Assembly (NCBI GenBank): GCA_950097015.1
Contig: CATNEN010000039.1
Location: 14,260,001-14,324,000 of the forward strand
DNA from: Macrostomum hystrix
Taxonomy: Eukaryota; Animalia; Platyhelminthes
Direction of reading: 5' to 3'
Length of the DNA: 64,000 bases
Every line of letters begins with the position of its first letter. Position 1 is the stretch's first letter. The notes under the pieces were generated by a model that was not told where the DNA came from, made no database searches, and saw only the letters and a program-made list of their open reading frames with translations. The position numbers and the translations under genes are program-made. Shown here piece after piece: positions 20,257 to 34,600 of the stretch.

Positions 20257-22639
20257 TTTAGGAATAAGGTCAACCGTGTGACTTAATCGCTATTTGATGT
20301 GGTGTGAGTAAGCCTTTATTGTTTCTCTGTGCTCCCAAGTCACATATGATTGGTTAATTTTTACGGTTCGTGGAGTGCGGCCCGCGCACAGTGCTTGAAA
20401 ATGTACATAAAGAAACCTTTTTGTCTTTGTTATATATTTTTTCAATAACTTTAAAGCTTATACACTCGCTTCTACCTTGCTGCACGTTTTATTGCTGAGT
20501 AAAGAATGAATTCGAAAATCTTTATGCAAAACGCTTTTTATCACTCGCCAGCTTCATACTGGCTTGTTTTTTGCAAGTTGATGGTTCACTAATAATGACT
20601 GATAATTATTTGTAGTTGGCTAAATGTCCGCTTACTCCAGTAGCCCCATTAATTTAGTTTTCCTGCAGTTTTTCTTCTATTTTGCGCTTCTCCTAGTAGC
20701 ACATACTGGATTAAAAATGTTGCTACTATTTATAGTCTCGTACAGCCACACATGAAACTGATTACTAACAGTAGCAAGTTGTGATTTTAATTTCATTTTA
20801 AATAAAGAAAAGAGAAAAAGAAGAGAAGAAATCGGAATTTGCCTAACTAGGCCGCATGATTAATAATAAGTCCATAATAAAGATGATTTATTGTAACGTT
20901 TTATCACGTGTTGTTAGAATTCTTTTTTACCCTAAGAACAGCCACTCAACTAAAAAGTGTAACAAAAAACAAGCGAATACTTTAAAATCAGCAGTTTAAA
21001 TTGAGTTTTTGCCACTAAAGCAATCAGTGAATCGATCAAGCTGAAAGTGAGAGGCCAAAATATTTTAACAACCAAACAGTTATCTTGAGTTGTTGGGAAT
21101 TGCTTTACAAGCCTTACTACTTACTACTTACTACTAAGTATGAGCCTTACTACTCATACTAAGGTAATACTGTGAGCCAAGCGTGCAAAATGAAGAAACA
21201 GCCTTCGCCTTTTCTAGTGACTCTCGCACAGCCACTGGCACAATGGAAGTGAACAATGGATAAATATAAGGCCCCACATTAAGACCCATCTGCTAATCAG
21301 GAAGCACTGTTGAATATTTTTTCTATTTTTCTAATTAATTTTTATTAGAAAGCGTGCCAGAAAGTAAAAAAAGCAATATAGCGCATATAGGCAGTAGTAG
21401 TGAGCAAGGACAATAAACAAAGTTTCAATCCGTGGATCGGCAGTGAAAAATCACAAACAAAAATGGACCCGGGCAGTCGATATGACTTCGATGAGTTTAA
21501 GACACCAGCGGGCAGCGTTGTTGCAGCACTTGGTAATAAATTATAACTGGCAAACAACATAACAACAACATCGCTAGTTATAAGTGAAATCGTTACGTGG
21601 CCCAAAGATAGGAACTATTTAATTAGCTGAAGCACGCTGAGGGCAGCTAGACGGGGATTCCCCGCTAAAAGTTTCTAAAAATAGCAACAATATAGACTTT
21701 CGAAGGCTAATCAGCACAACGGCATTGGTTAATTATAAAAAACTAGAAATTGTAACACTATTTTACAACTAGAGAGTTGACGAAAACACTCTTGACCATT
21801 CTAAACCAACTTTTGTGTTTTATATTACTCATAGTAGAGCAACGCAACGAAAGTAGAATGTAAAAGTGCGCAATCGAATAAGTGAAGCGCACAATTGTTG
21901 CACAGCGGGTTTGTTGCTAGGCATTGATTAGAACACACTGCACGCATTATAAGCCGGTCGCTCTGATAAAGGAAAACTATATGCAAATATTTTATATAGC
22001 CATTTATAAAAATGTAAGACGCCATAAACGCCTACTGTTAGTAATATAATGAATCAATCAGAAACTAATTATTGAAGCAGTTACAATTCGGGATGCATTG
22101 AAGCTGAGGCAGCAGTGTTTAAAGTTCTTTTGGGAGACTACTTCAAGGATATGAAATAAATTTAGTAAAAAAGCCAGACCTCAAAGTTGATGAGCAATAA
22201 ATATGGTTTTGATTAGTTAAATTAGCACAAGCAGGCAGGAAGCAAATTTACAATTTTGTGGACTCGAAGACCAAAACAGCAATAGAAGAACTGATTTGGA
22301 TTTCATTAATCTCTATAGAGGAGGCTGTTAACGCAACGGTGTAAGTAAGCCTGGGATTCAACATCTATTTAGGAATAGAGATACAGAGACGGGGGAGCCA
22401 TTGTTAGTCGATAGTATATATACATTCACACTGACGGCATTGGCGCAAGCACTATCCAATGTTATTTTTATCTCAAAAAATAAAAACAGATGCAGACTAT
22501 ACTACTTATAGCACCTACTGATTTGCTGATTAGTTTAAACCCGCATTGTTTTTAATGAAACTCAAAACTTAAGTTTAGTAAACTAATTAAAAAAACAAAA
22601 ACAAACATTCTTTTATTTTGCTCAGAGCACAACTGACAG

Positions 22640-25600
22640 TTAAAAATTGCTATTGCTAAAAGACGACTCGCGGTTGAGTGTGCCGCCTTTGCCGCGGCCG
22701 CTGCTGTAATGCTCCTTGTGCCGATTGGGTCGCACAGTGTCCAGGGCTTTCACGCGGCGCTCGATCTCCTTCACCCAGCGGGCCATGTCGGCCTCGTTGC
22801 TAGCCAGGAGCAGCAGACTCTTGGCTTCGTCATAGACTTTGCAATGATGAATGGGCCGGTCGGCCAGTTCCACGTGGTCGCGGTGAATCCGGGTGTGGCA
22901 CTGCCGGCATTCCAGAGCCGGGGGCGGGTTTATCACGGCGAAGCAGGGCTTGGCGCACACTTCGCAGTGGGTCGGCATGCGGAATGTGATTGGCACAAAC
23001 TTGTGACCATTGTGCAGCACCACCGAGTCGGCGCCTCCGCTGCCGCCGGCACCACCGCCTGCTTTCAGTTCACGAGACGCCTTATCCTTGGCTTCGCCGT
23101 CGGCTTCGTACAGGAGCTGCGGCGCAATGAGGGTGGAGATAGGGTAGTGACGAGTGGGGATGGGGTAGTGACGAGTGGGGATGAGTAGTGACGAGTGGGG
23201 ATAGGATAGTGACTAGTGGGGATGGGGTAGTGACGAGTGGGGATGGGGAAGTGACTAGTGGGGATGGGGTAGTGACGAGTGGGGATGGGGAAGTGACTAG
23301 TGGGGATGGGGTAGTGACTAGTGGGGATGGGGTAGTGACTAGTGGGGATGAGTAGTGACGAGTGGGGATAGGATAGTGACGAGTGGGGATGGGGTAGTGA
23401 CGAGTGGGGATAGGATAGGGACTAGTGGGGATGGGGTAGTGTCTAGTGGGGATGGGGTAGTGACTAGTGGGGATGAGTAGTGACGAGTGGGGATAGGATA
23501 GTGACGAGTGGGGATAGGATAGTGACGAGTGGGGATGAGTAGTGACGAGTGGGGATGGGGAAGTGACTAGTGGGGATGGGGTAGTGACTAGTGGGGATGT
23601 GGAAGTGACTAGTGGGGATGGGGTAGTGACTAGTGGGGATGTGGAAGTGACTATTGGGGAGTACGGATGGTTGGTAATGAGTGAAGAATATGGGTGAATA
23701 ATGGATTCAAAAGGTTTAATGGAAAAAATGATGGGTTTAAATGGGATAATGATGACAGTGATTGGAATAATGCGGTTGTAGATCGCAAATATTTTCTGTA
23801 AGGTAACTGTCTAAAAATCATGTCTTAACCTGCAGAATCCTTGGAATGTCCTTTTTATCGGCGTGCAGGGCGTCATTCTGGGTGATGGGCCGGGCGTGGA
23901 AGATCTTAGCTAGCTCCAGAACCATCACCGGCTTATCCTGGCTCTCCTTCTCCTCCTTAGTTCGGTAGAAGGCCACGCTGCGCTGGCTGACAACGACATA
24001 ATTCTGCTCGAAGGCTAGATTGCCTCGCCTGCGATTAGCTTTGGGCACAGAGAGGAAGCCCTCGTGGTTGCCGCAGCCCGGACCTCCGGGCGCGTCCACG
24101 GTTGAAGTGTCGGCGGCGGCCGCAGCAGCCGACCGATTTTCAGACGAAGCCATGGACAGCGTGTCAATGTGAGAAGAACTGGCCAGCCTTCGCTCGCAGT
24201 CTTCAATCATTGATTCCTTCTGTTCCAGAACTAGCTGAAGCTCGTGCAGCTCAGATTGCATGCGGTCGAGGTTGACGCGCAGCTCTTGAATTTCCAAGTC
24301 CTTCTGTTCCACCTTGCGGCGGTGAATTTCGCGTTCTCGTTTAAGTTCGGCGTCCAGCTCTCTGGAATGGGATTGCGGGTATTGCTGTTGTGCAAGGACT
24401 GTGCATGATGTGCATTGTCTGAAAAATGACTGAATATGCGTAATGACAAGCTCAGTGACAAGGTGTCCTGACGGTAGCTCAATGGCAAGGTGTAATGACG
24501 GTAGCTCAGTGACAAGGTGTCCTGACGGTAGCTCAGTGACAAGGTGTCCTGACGGTAGCTCAGTGACAAGGTGTCCTGACGGTAGCTCAATGACAAGGTG
24601 TCCTGACGGTAGCTCAATGACAAGGTGTAATGACGGTAGCTCAATGGCAAGGTGTCCTGACGGTAGCTCAGTGACAAGGTATCCTGACGGTAGCTCAATG
24701 GCAAGGTGTCCTGACGGTAGCTCAATGACAAGGTGTAATGACGGTAGCTCAGTGACAAGGTGTCCTGACGGTAGCTCAATGGCAAGGTGTAATGACGGTA
24801 GCTCAGTGACAAGGTATCCTGACGGTAGCTCAATGGCAAGGTGTCCTGACGGTAGCTCAATGACAAGGTGTAATGACGCTAGCTCAATGACAAGGTGTCC
24901 TGACGGTAGCTCAATGGCAAGGTGTAATGACGGTAGCTCAGTGACAAGGTATCCTGACGGTAGCTCAATGGCAAGGTGTCCTGACGGTAGCTCAATGACA
25001 AGGTGTAATGACGCTAGCTCAATGACAAGGTGTCCTGACGGTAGCTCAATGGCAAGGTGTCCTGACGGTAGCTCAATGACAAGGTGTCCTGACGGTAGCT
25101 CAATGACAAGGTGTAATGACGCTAGCTCAATGACAAGGTGTCCTGACGGTAGCTCAATGACAAGGTGTAATGACGGTAGCTCAATGGCAAGGTGTCCTGA
25201 CGGTAGCTCAGTGACAAGGTGCAATGACGGTAGCTCAATGGCAAGGTGTAATGACGGTAGCTCAATGACAAGGTGTAATGACGGTAGCTCAATGACAAGG
25301 TGCAATGACGGTAGCTCAATGGCAAGGTGTCCTGACGGTAGCTCAGTGACAAGGTGCAATGACGGTAGCTCAATGACAAGGTGTAATGATGGTAGCTCAG
25401 TGACAAGGTGTAATGACGGTAGCTCAATGACAAGGTGTAATAAAGGATTGGACTGACAATATTAACTAACCTGGCCTTCCGATTGCTCTGATCTCGCCGT
25501 CCGCTGTCCATGGCGTCGGAGCGGGCCGCCTTCTTGATGCCCGGCCCAGCCTCCTCCATGACGCGGATGAGTTTATTCACAGCTTGGTTCTTTAGGACGG

Positions 25601-28600
25601 CCTCGTCTGTGACGCGCTTTTTCAACGAAGTCACCTCGGCCTGGAGAGCAGATTTGTCAGCCTCCAAGCCTGTTATCTGCTGCGAGAGCTGGCGCAGCTG
25701 CTGCTCAACAGACTCTTTCTGTTTGGCTAATTCAGCACAGGCATCGGCGTGCTTGTCCCGCTCCAGTTGGACCAGCAGCAACCGCCGGTCCTGCTCCGTC
25801 TTCTGAGCATGCAAGGCGTTCCTAGCCGCCTTATCCGCCTGCAGCTCCTCCTCAGTGGCCTTCAGAGCCGATCGCAGTTTGGCAGACTCGGCAGTCAGAG
25901 CGTCCTTCTCACTCTTGAGCGACTCGGCCTCCTTAGCTGACTCCTTTTTGATTTCTTCCAGTTCGGTTTTGTACAGCTCCAGGAAGCAGCAGTCTGTGTC
26001 GTACTTTTCGTTCAGTTCCTTCAGCTCGTTGGTCTTTTGCTTCAGTCTGTTTGAAAGGGAAATGGCGAATGTACTTTAAGCGAATGCTATCGATCATGAC
26101 CCAATGATAACTAAGGGATCATGACCCAATGATAACTAAGGGATCATGACCCAATGATAACTAAGGGATCATGACCCAATGATAACTAAGGGATCATGAC
26201 CCAATGATAACTAAGGGATCATGACCCAATGATAACTAAGGGATCATGACCCATTGATCACTAAGGGATCATGACCCAATGATAACTAAGGGATCATGAC
26301 CCATTGATCACTAAGGGATCATGACCCAATGATAACTAAGGGATCATGACCCAATGATAACTAAGGGATCATGACCCATTGATCACTAAGGGATCATGAC
26401 CCAATGATAACTAAGGGATCACGACCAGAAGAGTCGAACCCGGGTCCAATGCTAAATGAAAATCGCACCTGTCCGCCAGCTTCTTCAGCTGTGCCGCCTG
26501 GGCGTCGTGCCGCTCTCGCAGGCTGGCCAGTTCGGCTTGCAGTTCAGCAGCTCTGGCCTCGCCGGCGGCGATTTCGGCTTCGCCGGCGCGCAGCCGCTGG
26601 CGCTCCTCTGCCAGCTGACCGGCCAGCTCCAGCTCTCGGTCGCGGGCCCGCCGCAGCTCAGACTGGATGCCAGACAGCTGCTCGTTGGCTCTGGCTAGCT
26701 CGGTGGACAGCTCCTGCTTGGCCGATTCGCTGCGATCCTTTGCTGCGGCTTCTAGCTCGGCCTGACGCAGCCGCCTGTCCAGCTCGTCCTTCTGGTGCTC
26801 GAGCTCGGCTGCCTGCTTGCGCAGCGCCTCCTTCTCGTCGCGCACGGAGCGCAGCTCCTGTTGAAGATTGCGAGTCTCGGCCTGATGACCAGTGAGCAAC
26901 TCTTGACGCTCATGCGAGTGCCTGCGAATGTGAGCAGAGCAACAGTTGTAACCCGATTATTGTATGATCAAGGTCATAGCCATATCTTTCTAGGTCATAG
27001 CCATATCTTTCTAGGTCATAGCCATATCTTTCTAGGTCATAGCCATATCTTTCTAGGTCATAGCCATATCTTTCTAGGTCATAGCCATATCTTTCAAGGT
27101 CATAGCCATATCTTTCAAGGTCATAGCCATATCTTTCTAGGTCATAGGCATATCTTTCTAGGTCATAGCCATATCTTTCTAGGTCATAGCCATATCTTTC
27201 TAGGTCATAGCCATATCTTTCTAGGTCATAGCCATATCTTTCTAGGTAATAGACGTATCTTTTAAGGTCATAGCCATATCACTGGCGGCCTAAGGTCATA
27301 GCAAGATGTTTCAATGTCGTGAAAACATTTTCCAAGGTCATAGCCTTAATTTTCAGGGTTATAACCTTATAATTAAATGTCATAGCTAGATTTCTCAAGG
27401 TCATGGTCATATTTTTCAAGATACTAGCCAGATGAGTTTAATTTCCAATTTTATTTAGATTTTTATTGATATATTTCAAGGTCATTGATATATTTCTTAA
27501 GGTTATTGCTATATTTCTCAAGGTCATTGATATATTTCTCAAGGTCATTGATATATTTCTCAAGGTCATTGATATATTTCTCAAGGTCATTGCTATATCT
27601 AGAGTTTATATTCAGAACGGCTATAATTATAATTTTTAAGGCTATAGTCTTATGACTTATGTCATAAATCTCGATACTATTAAAACAAAAATTCTTGGTC
27701 ATGGCGTGAGGTCATTATAATGCCAAGAAATAATCACGCAGCTCACTTGGCCTCGGCCAGTCGCACCCGTTCCTCAAGCGCAGCCTTGCTCTTCTCCAAT
27801 CCCATCAGAGTAGTTCGCAGATCCTCCAATTCTAAAGCCACAGCCTCCTTTTCGTTGGTGAGAGTTTTCAACGCGGTTTCGGCGTTGCGCAGGGCGGCGC
27901 GCTCCTCGTCCAGCTGTCGACGCAGCTGATCGGCCTGCTGATTGGCGTCGCGCAGTCGAGCCACCGCAACGTCGGCCTCCTGGTGAAGTCGCTGCGATTC
28001 CTCTTCGGCTTGTCTAGAAAAACAAATTTTTCAAGACACATTAAAAGATGACAGGTATGTCTGTCCATGGACTCGGGGCAGCGCCACAACCCTTACCGCA
28101 ACCAAATTTCTATAACCAGCTAATACTGGGACCCATTTTTATTGAGATTCGAACTTCTGACCTCTAAGAAATCAAACGTTTTAAAAACTGCACCCTCATT
28201 TGGTGACTATTTATATTATCTATTAAGATCGAGTTTGCTGTGTACAAGCTGCCTGACAATTAGGTCTGGGCATAGGTACAACCACCATATGAGCATTGGT
28301 CGCGAGTTCGAATCATTGTAGGGTACAATTAGTGCTCGTATAGCCCCCCACCAGTATCCAGGAGGCCATAGAAAAGCCGGAAGAAACATAGACCAACCTG
28401 AGCGAAGCCAGCTGGGTCTCCAGGCGGGCCTTCTCCTGCTTCAAATTGTGCAACGACGCCTCGGCTTCCATCAGGCCCAGTTTGGCTTTGGATTCGGCTT
28501 CGCGAAGGCGACCAATCTCTGCTGATAGCGACTGCTCCTTGGCCCGCAGCCGGTCCAGCTCGTCTCCGCTGGCGCCGTTTCCAGCGCCGGAGCCGACGCC

Positions 28601-31600
28601 GGCGCCGTTGCTACTGGCGCCAGAGCAGCCGCCGCCGCTAGCAGCAGCCGAGTTGCCCGAGAACCACTGCTGCTGACGAAATGAGAAGCCAATGAAAGGC
28701 AGATTGCCGCCCTGATAGGCTTTGGGCTCGCTTTCCAATTCGCGATTGGCTTTTCTAGACGGCTCCGGATCGTCAACAAAGAAATAGCGAGTGTCGATGT
28801 CTGAGGCTAGCTCGATTGGAAATGGCGCCTCTAGCGACCGGATTCGATCCCACGTCCAATTTGGCGTGACGAAGAAATTGTGATTTTTCACATCCTTAGC
28901 AAAGCGCAGTCGCTTCGACCGGTCCTCTAGTAGCTGATGAATAATGTCCAGGCATTGCGGAGACAGCTCCTGGGGCAGGCCCTCATCAAGCCGTTTCTGC
29001 AGCGAAGTCTTGTGATCCATAATGCAGCTGTAGGTTTCTAGCAGGTCGTCACCAGCAAATGGCGTATAGCCGCACACTAATTCGAATAGTAATACGCCGA
29101 CGCTCCACCAATCAACCTCGAATGAATAGGTGCTGGCCTTGCCCTGATTGGTCAGCATCTCCGGGCAGATGTAATCGGGCGTACCAATGGTAGTGGACGT
29201 GGTGACAGTCTTTGTCTTCGGGTCTAGCCGAACCGCGGTGCCAAAGTCGGCCAGTTTCAAATGACCGCGGGAATCCAGCAGACAGTTCTCTGGTTTGACA
29301 TCGCGGTGCACAAAGCCCAAATCGTGAAGGGCTTCTAAAGCTAGCACCAATTCGGCTATGTAGAATTTGGCCGTGTCCTCCGGCAGGCAGGGCGCATCTT
29401 CGTCTTCGGGCAGTAGGGCCGTCATGTCGCCACCCTGAAGGAACTCCATGGCCATGTACAGGTACTTCTCGTCCTGCGGGTTGAGGACCACAGCAATTGG
29501 GAATTATGTGAAGGGGATTGTTTTGCGATGAGGATCAGAGCCATTGGTACTTAGAAGATAGGGATTATTTTGCGATGAGGATTAGAGCAATTGGGATTTC
29601 ATATTACAGGGGATTTTTTCAACATGAGGATCGGAGCGATTGGGAGTCAAAATGAAGAGGATTATTTAGCGATGAGGATCAGAGCGATTGGTACTTAGAA
29701 GATAGGGATTATTTTGCGCTGAGGATCAGAGCAATTGGGATTTCATATTACAGGGGATTTTTTCAACATGAGGATCGGAGCGATTGTGAACTTAAATTTT
29801 GAGAAGCGACCACTGTAAGCAAGCACCGACTCACCTGAAAGGCATAGTGCAGCTGGACAATCCAGTCAGAGTTGGAGGTGGCCATAATTTCCCTCTCCTC
29901 CCAGAAGAATGTGGACTCGCTGCGCTTGAGCACATCGGCTTTGCTCAACAACTTCAGGGCTAGTAACTGCTGCGAGTCCTTCTTGCGAACTAGTTGAACC
30001 TCGCCGTAGGCACCGCGGCCGATCACTTTGATCAGCTCGAAGTCCGTGTAGCGAATGCGCCACCGCTTGATCTGCTTCGACAGCTCCTCGTATCTGCGGG
30101 AGAGCAGGCCAGGGCAACATGTCAAGGAAAAGTCTACTAGAATGAATTGAACTACCTACCATAAATCTCTTATGATCGAGGTACATGTATATGTCAATAT
30201 CTTTACGAAACTGAAGTGACTTTCTGTGAACTGAAGAAACTCCACGAGGCTGTAGTGACTCTCTAAGATAATCTAAGAGGCTGGAGTGACATTCTAAGAA
30301 ACTCTGGCAGGCTGGAGTGACTTTTTAATCCAAGAAATTCCCAGAGGCTGGAGTGACATTTTAAGAAACTCTGGCAGGCTGGAGTGACATTTTAATCCAA
30401 GAAACTCTGCGAGAGTGGAGTGGCTTTCTAAGAAATTCTACGATGCTGGAGTGACTTTCTAAGAAAACTTAAAATGCTGGAGTGACTTTCTAAGAACCTC
30501 TGGCAGGCTGGAGTGACATTTTAATCCAAGAAACTCCCAGAGGCTGGAGTGACATTCTAAGAAACTCTGGCAGGCTGGAGTGACATTTTAATCCAAGAAA
30601 CTCCCAGAGGCTGGAGTGACATTCTAAGAAACTCTGGCAGGCTGGAGTGACATTTTAATCCAAGAAACTCACAGAGGCTGGAGTGACATTCTAAGAAACT
30701 CTGGCAGGCTGGAGTGACATTTTAATCCAAGAAACTCACAGAGGCTGGAGTGACATTCTAAGAAACTCTGGCAGGCTGGAGTGACATTTTAATCCAAGAA
30801 ACTCACAGAGGCTGGAGTGACATTCTAAGAAACTCTGGCAGGCTGGAGTGACATTTTAATCCAAGAAACTCACAGAGGCTGGAGTCACTTTCTAAGAAAC
30901 TCTGGCAGGCTGGAGTGACATTTTAATCCAAGAAACTCTGCGAGAGTGGAGTGGCTTTCTAAGAAATTCTACGATGCTGGAGTGACTTTCTAAGAAAACT
31001 TAAAATGCTGGAGTGACTTTCTAAGAACCTCTGGCAGGCTGGAGTGACATTTTAATCCAAGAAACTCCCAGAGGCTGGAGTGACATTCTAAGAAACTCTG
31101 GCAGGCTGGAGTGACATTTTAATCCAAGAAACTCCCAGAGGCTGGAGTGACATTCTAAGAAACTCTGGCAGGCTGGAGTGACATTTTAATCCAAGAAACT
31201 CACAGAGGCTGGAGTGACATTCTAAGAAACTCTGGCAGGCTGGAGTGACATTTTAATCCAAGAAACTCACAGAGGCTGGAGTGACATTCTAAGAAACTCT
31301 GGCAGGCTGGAGTGACATTTTAATCCAAGAAACTCACAGAGGCTGGAGTGACATTCTAAGAAACTCTGGCAGGCTGGAGTGACATTTTAATCCAAGAAAC
31401 TCACAGAGGCTGGAGTCACTTTCTAAGAAACTCTGGCAGGCTGGAGTGACATTTTAATCCAAGAAACTCACAGAGGCTGGAGTGACATTCTAAGAAACTC
31501 TGGCAGGCTGGAGTGACATTTTAATCCAAGAAACTCACAGAGGCTGGAGTGACTTTCTAAGAAACTCTGGCAGGCTGGAGTGACATTTTAATCCAAGAAA

Positions 31601-34600
31601 CTCTGCGAGAGTGGAGTGGCTTTTTAAGAAATTCTACGATGCTGGAGTAACTTTCTAAGAAACTCTGACAGGCTGGAGTGACATTTTAATCCAAGAAACT
31701 CTGCGAGAGTGGAGTGGCTTTTTAAGAAATTCTACGATGCTGGAGTGACTTTCTAAGAAAACTTAAAATGCTGGAGTGACTTTCTAAGAAACTCTGGCAG
31801 GCTGGAGTGACATTTTAATCCAAGAAACTCTAAGGGGCTGAAGTGACTTTCTAAGAAACTCGAAGGGGCTGGAGTGGCTTTAATCCAAGAAAATCTACGA
31901 GGCTGGAGTGACTTTGTAGGAAACTCGACAAAGTGAGTCTCAAGGGGTGAGTTGCAGAGCGGCTAACGTGTTTGCCTACCGCACAAAGGTCTCTAAGCTA
32001 GATTCCGCAGTAAAACTACATTAATTTGGGGCGCAGCGGCGGAGAGAAGGCTTGGGGGCTTATCGTGAAATTCGCGCCCCTGAGGGCCAACCTCCAAGGC
32101 ACTGTCAGAAGTGGGCTGGAATTACTTTCTATTATTATCTACGAGCTATGAGGCAATATTTATCTAGCTATAGATTGAAGTGAGCACAAGTATAAATACT
32201 CTAAAGTCGTTAATTGCCTCAATAAAATAGCAGTTTTTCCAGCTAGATTGTCTTAGAAATACAAGCAGCTTAAAGCTTTCAAAGACAATTAATTTACCAA
32301 TACTATTGCGCTCGCGAAGTCTAGCGCACGCCATGGGGCAGAAATGAAGATGATTAACATTGCGTTCTTTATAAACTAAACGCGAATAATATCATATATT
32401 TGTATGCATACATATTAATGAAACGAAATTAGTCTGCAAGTTAAGCTCTAACGAAGACTAATTTTTTCGTACTGCAAAAACTTGTTGACTGGGCAGGCAG
32501 CGCGTTATATAGCTGAGAACTGGATGCGAAATGATTTGCTAATTATATAGCCTAGCAGTTGGTGCCTGGCATACAGACTGTTTAAGGTAAAAAACTGGAA
32601 ACTGGGTGATTATTAAAAAATAGAATGAAAACTTTAATGAAAGTCCGAGACTAATCTGAAAGAATTGAGGATTTCGATTCTTAGGTGGGTATCGTCCAAG
32701 CCATTAGGACGATTCCCAAGCCATTAGGACGATTCCTACGTGATTGGGACCTACGTGAGTGGCAAAAGCGATTAAGACGATCCAAAAGCGATTCCTAAGC
32801 GATTAGGACGATTCCAAAGCGATTACAAACATAGGACGATTCCTATGTGATTGGGACGATTCCCAAGCCATTAGGACGATTCCTACGTGATTGGGACCTA
32901 CGTGAGTGGCAAAAGCGATTAAGACGATCCAAAAGCGATTACAAACATAGGACGATTCCTATGTGATTGGGACGATTCCCAAGCGATTAGGACGATTCCA
33001 AAGCGATTAAGACGATTCCCAAGCCATTAGGACGATTCCCAAGCCATTAGGACGATTCCTAAAAGATTAGGACGATTCCAAAGCGATTAGGACGATTCCC
33101 AAGCGATTAGGACGATTCCTACGTGATTGGGACCTACGTGAGTGGTAAAAGCGATTAAGACGATCCAAAAGCGATTACAAACATAGGACGATTCCTATGT
33201 GATTGGGACGATTCCCAAGCGATTAGGACGATTCCAAAGCGATTAAGACGATTCCCAAGCCATTAGGACGATTCCCAAGCCATTAGGACGATTCCTAAAA
33301 GATTAGGACGATTCCAAAGCGATTAGGACGATTCCCAAGCGATTAGGACGATTCCTACGTGATTGGGACCTACGTGAGTGGCAAAAGCGATTAAAACGAT
33401 CCAAAAGCGATTCCAAAGCGATTAGGACGATTCCTACGTGATTGGGACGATTCCTAAGCGATTAGGACGATTCCAAAGCAATTAGGACGATTCCAAAGCG
33501 ATTAGGGCGATTTTTTAATGATTAGGACAAATTCTCGATGGGATTGGGCTGACTCCCAGTTTCGTATACCGTATACAATAAAATAAAAATAACAGAACAC
33601 AGGAAACTTCTTCAGAAAGGTAAATTTACTAAACAGAGACGGAATTATTCGCATATAGGACAATTTCTAATAGAAATCGGAGAGATTAACGAGCACAATT
33701 TCGACATAAGCTATTTAAGTCGCAGATGCCTACAGAATGGCACGCACAGATATGTAGCAATGTGGGAGTATGGGTGGGCTACTGTTACTGGCTAAGGCTT
33801 GGCTTAGGCAATTAGCGTACGTAGCCTTTGCACGCAAAGCTGGATAGTGGAAAAATTTACCCACTCCGCTCAATCCATTTGGTTGGTTCAAATCCCTAGT
33901 CGTTCGGGTTTTTTACTATCCCTGAATCTTTGCTGGCGGCACTGCGCCGATGTTCACAATATTCCCGCTTCCCATCTGCAATCTGACTCGTGCATGCCTT
34001 AGCTTTGTCCCAAAATATTGTTGGGACCGCAATGCGATATACAGCAAGTTCTTTCTTGGTTGGGGGGGGGGAATTATTTTGAAGAGTACTTTTAAATTAT
34101 CTAGTCCGAAAGCTTTATATAATAAAAGTACATTATGCACAACGGACAATATCCACTTCTATGTAGCCAATAATTCAAGTACTTAAAATGATCAATCAGT
34201 TTGATTACTGCTGTATTAGAAATGTCACAAAGCCCTTGATTCGATTGGACATACTTAAACTTAATTAGAAATAGGAAAGGGAAATTGAATGGAATGGGAT
34301 CAGGAAAATGGGAAGTCAACAGAATGGGATCAGAGAGAGGGGAAGTCAACAGAATGGGATAAGAGAAAGGGGAGTTAACAGAATGGGATCAGAGAAAAAG
34401 AAATTAAAAGAAGGGGATCAGAGAAAGGGGGAGTCAACAGAATGGGATCAGAGAAAGGGGAAGTCAACAGAATGGGATCAGAGAGAGGGGAAGTCAACAG
34501 AATGGGATCAGAGAAAGGGGAGTTAACAGAATGGGATCAGAGAAAAAGAAATTAAAATAAGGGGATCAGAGAAAGGGGAAGTCAACAGAATGGGATCAGA

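Noticed and set aside
21390-21546. Exon-like open stretch (..MDPGSRYDFDEFKTPAG..) between convergent genes
   Set aside because: Short, no recognisable domain and no partner exons; probably ROCK 3' UTR or intergenic.
23818-25359. 513-aa ORF suggesting a repeat-containing ROCK isoform
   Set aside because: Only 24361-23830 is exon. Reading through the intron from the upstream exon stops at ~25122, and canonical splice sites flank the array.
28313-30125. MRCK, DMPK or citron kinase as an alternative identity
   Set aside because: The N-terminal capped-helix motif, FFWEER, QAVNKL Rho-binding motif and split PH-C1 with no CNH domain all fit ROCK.
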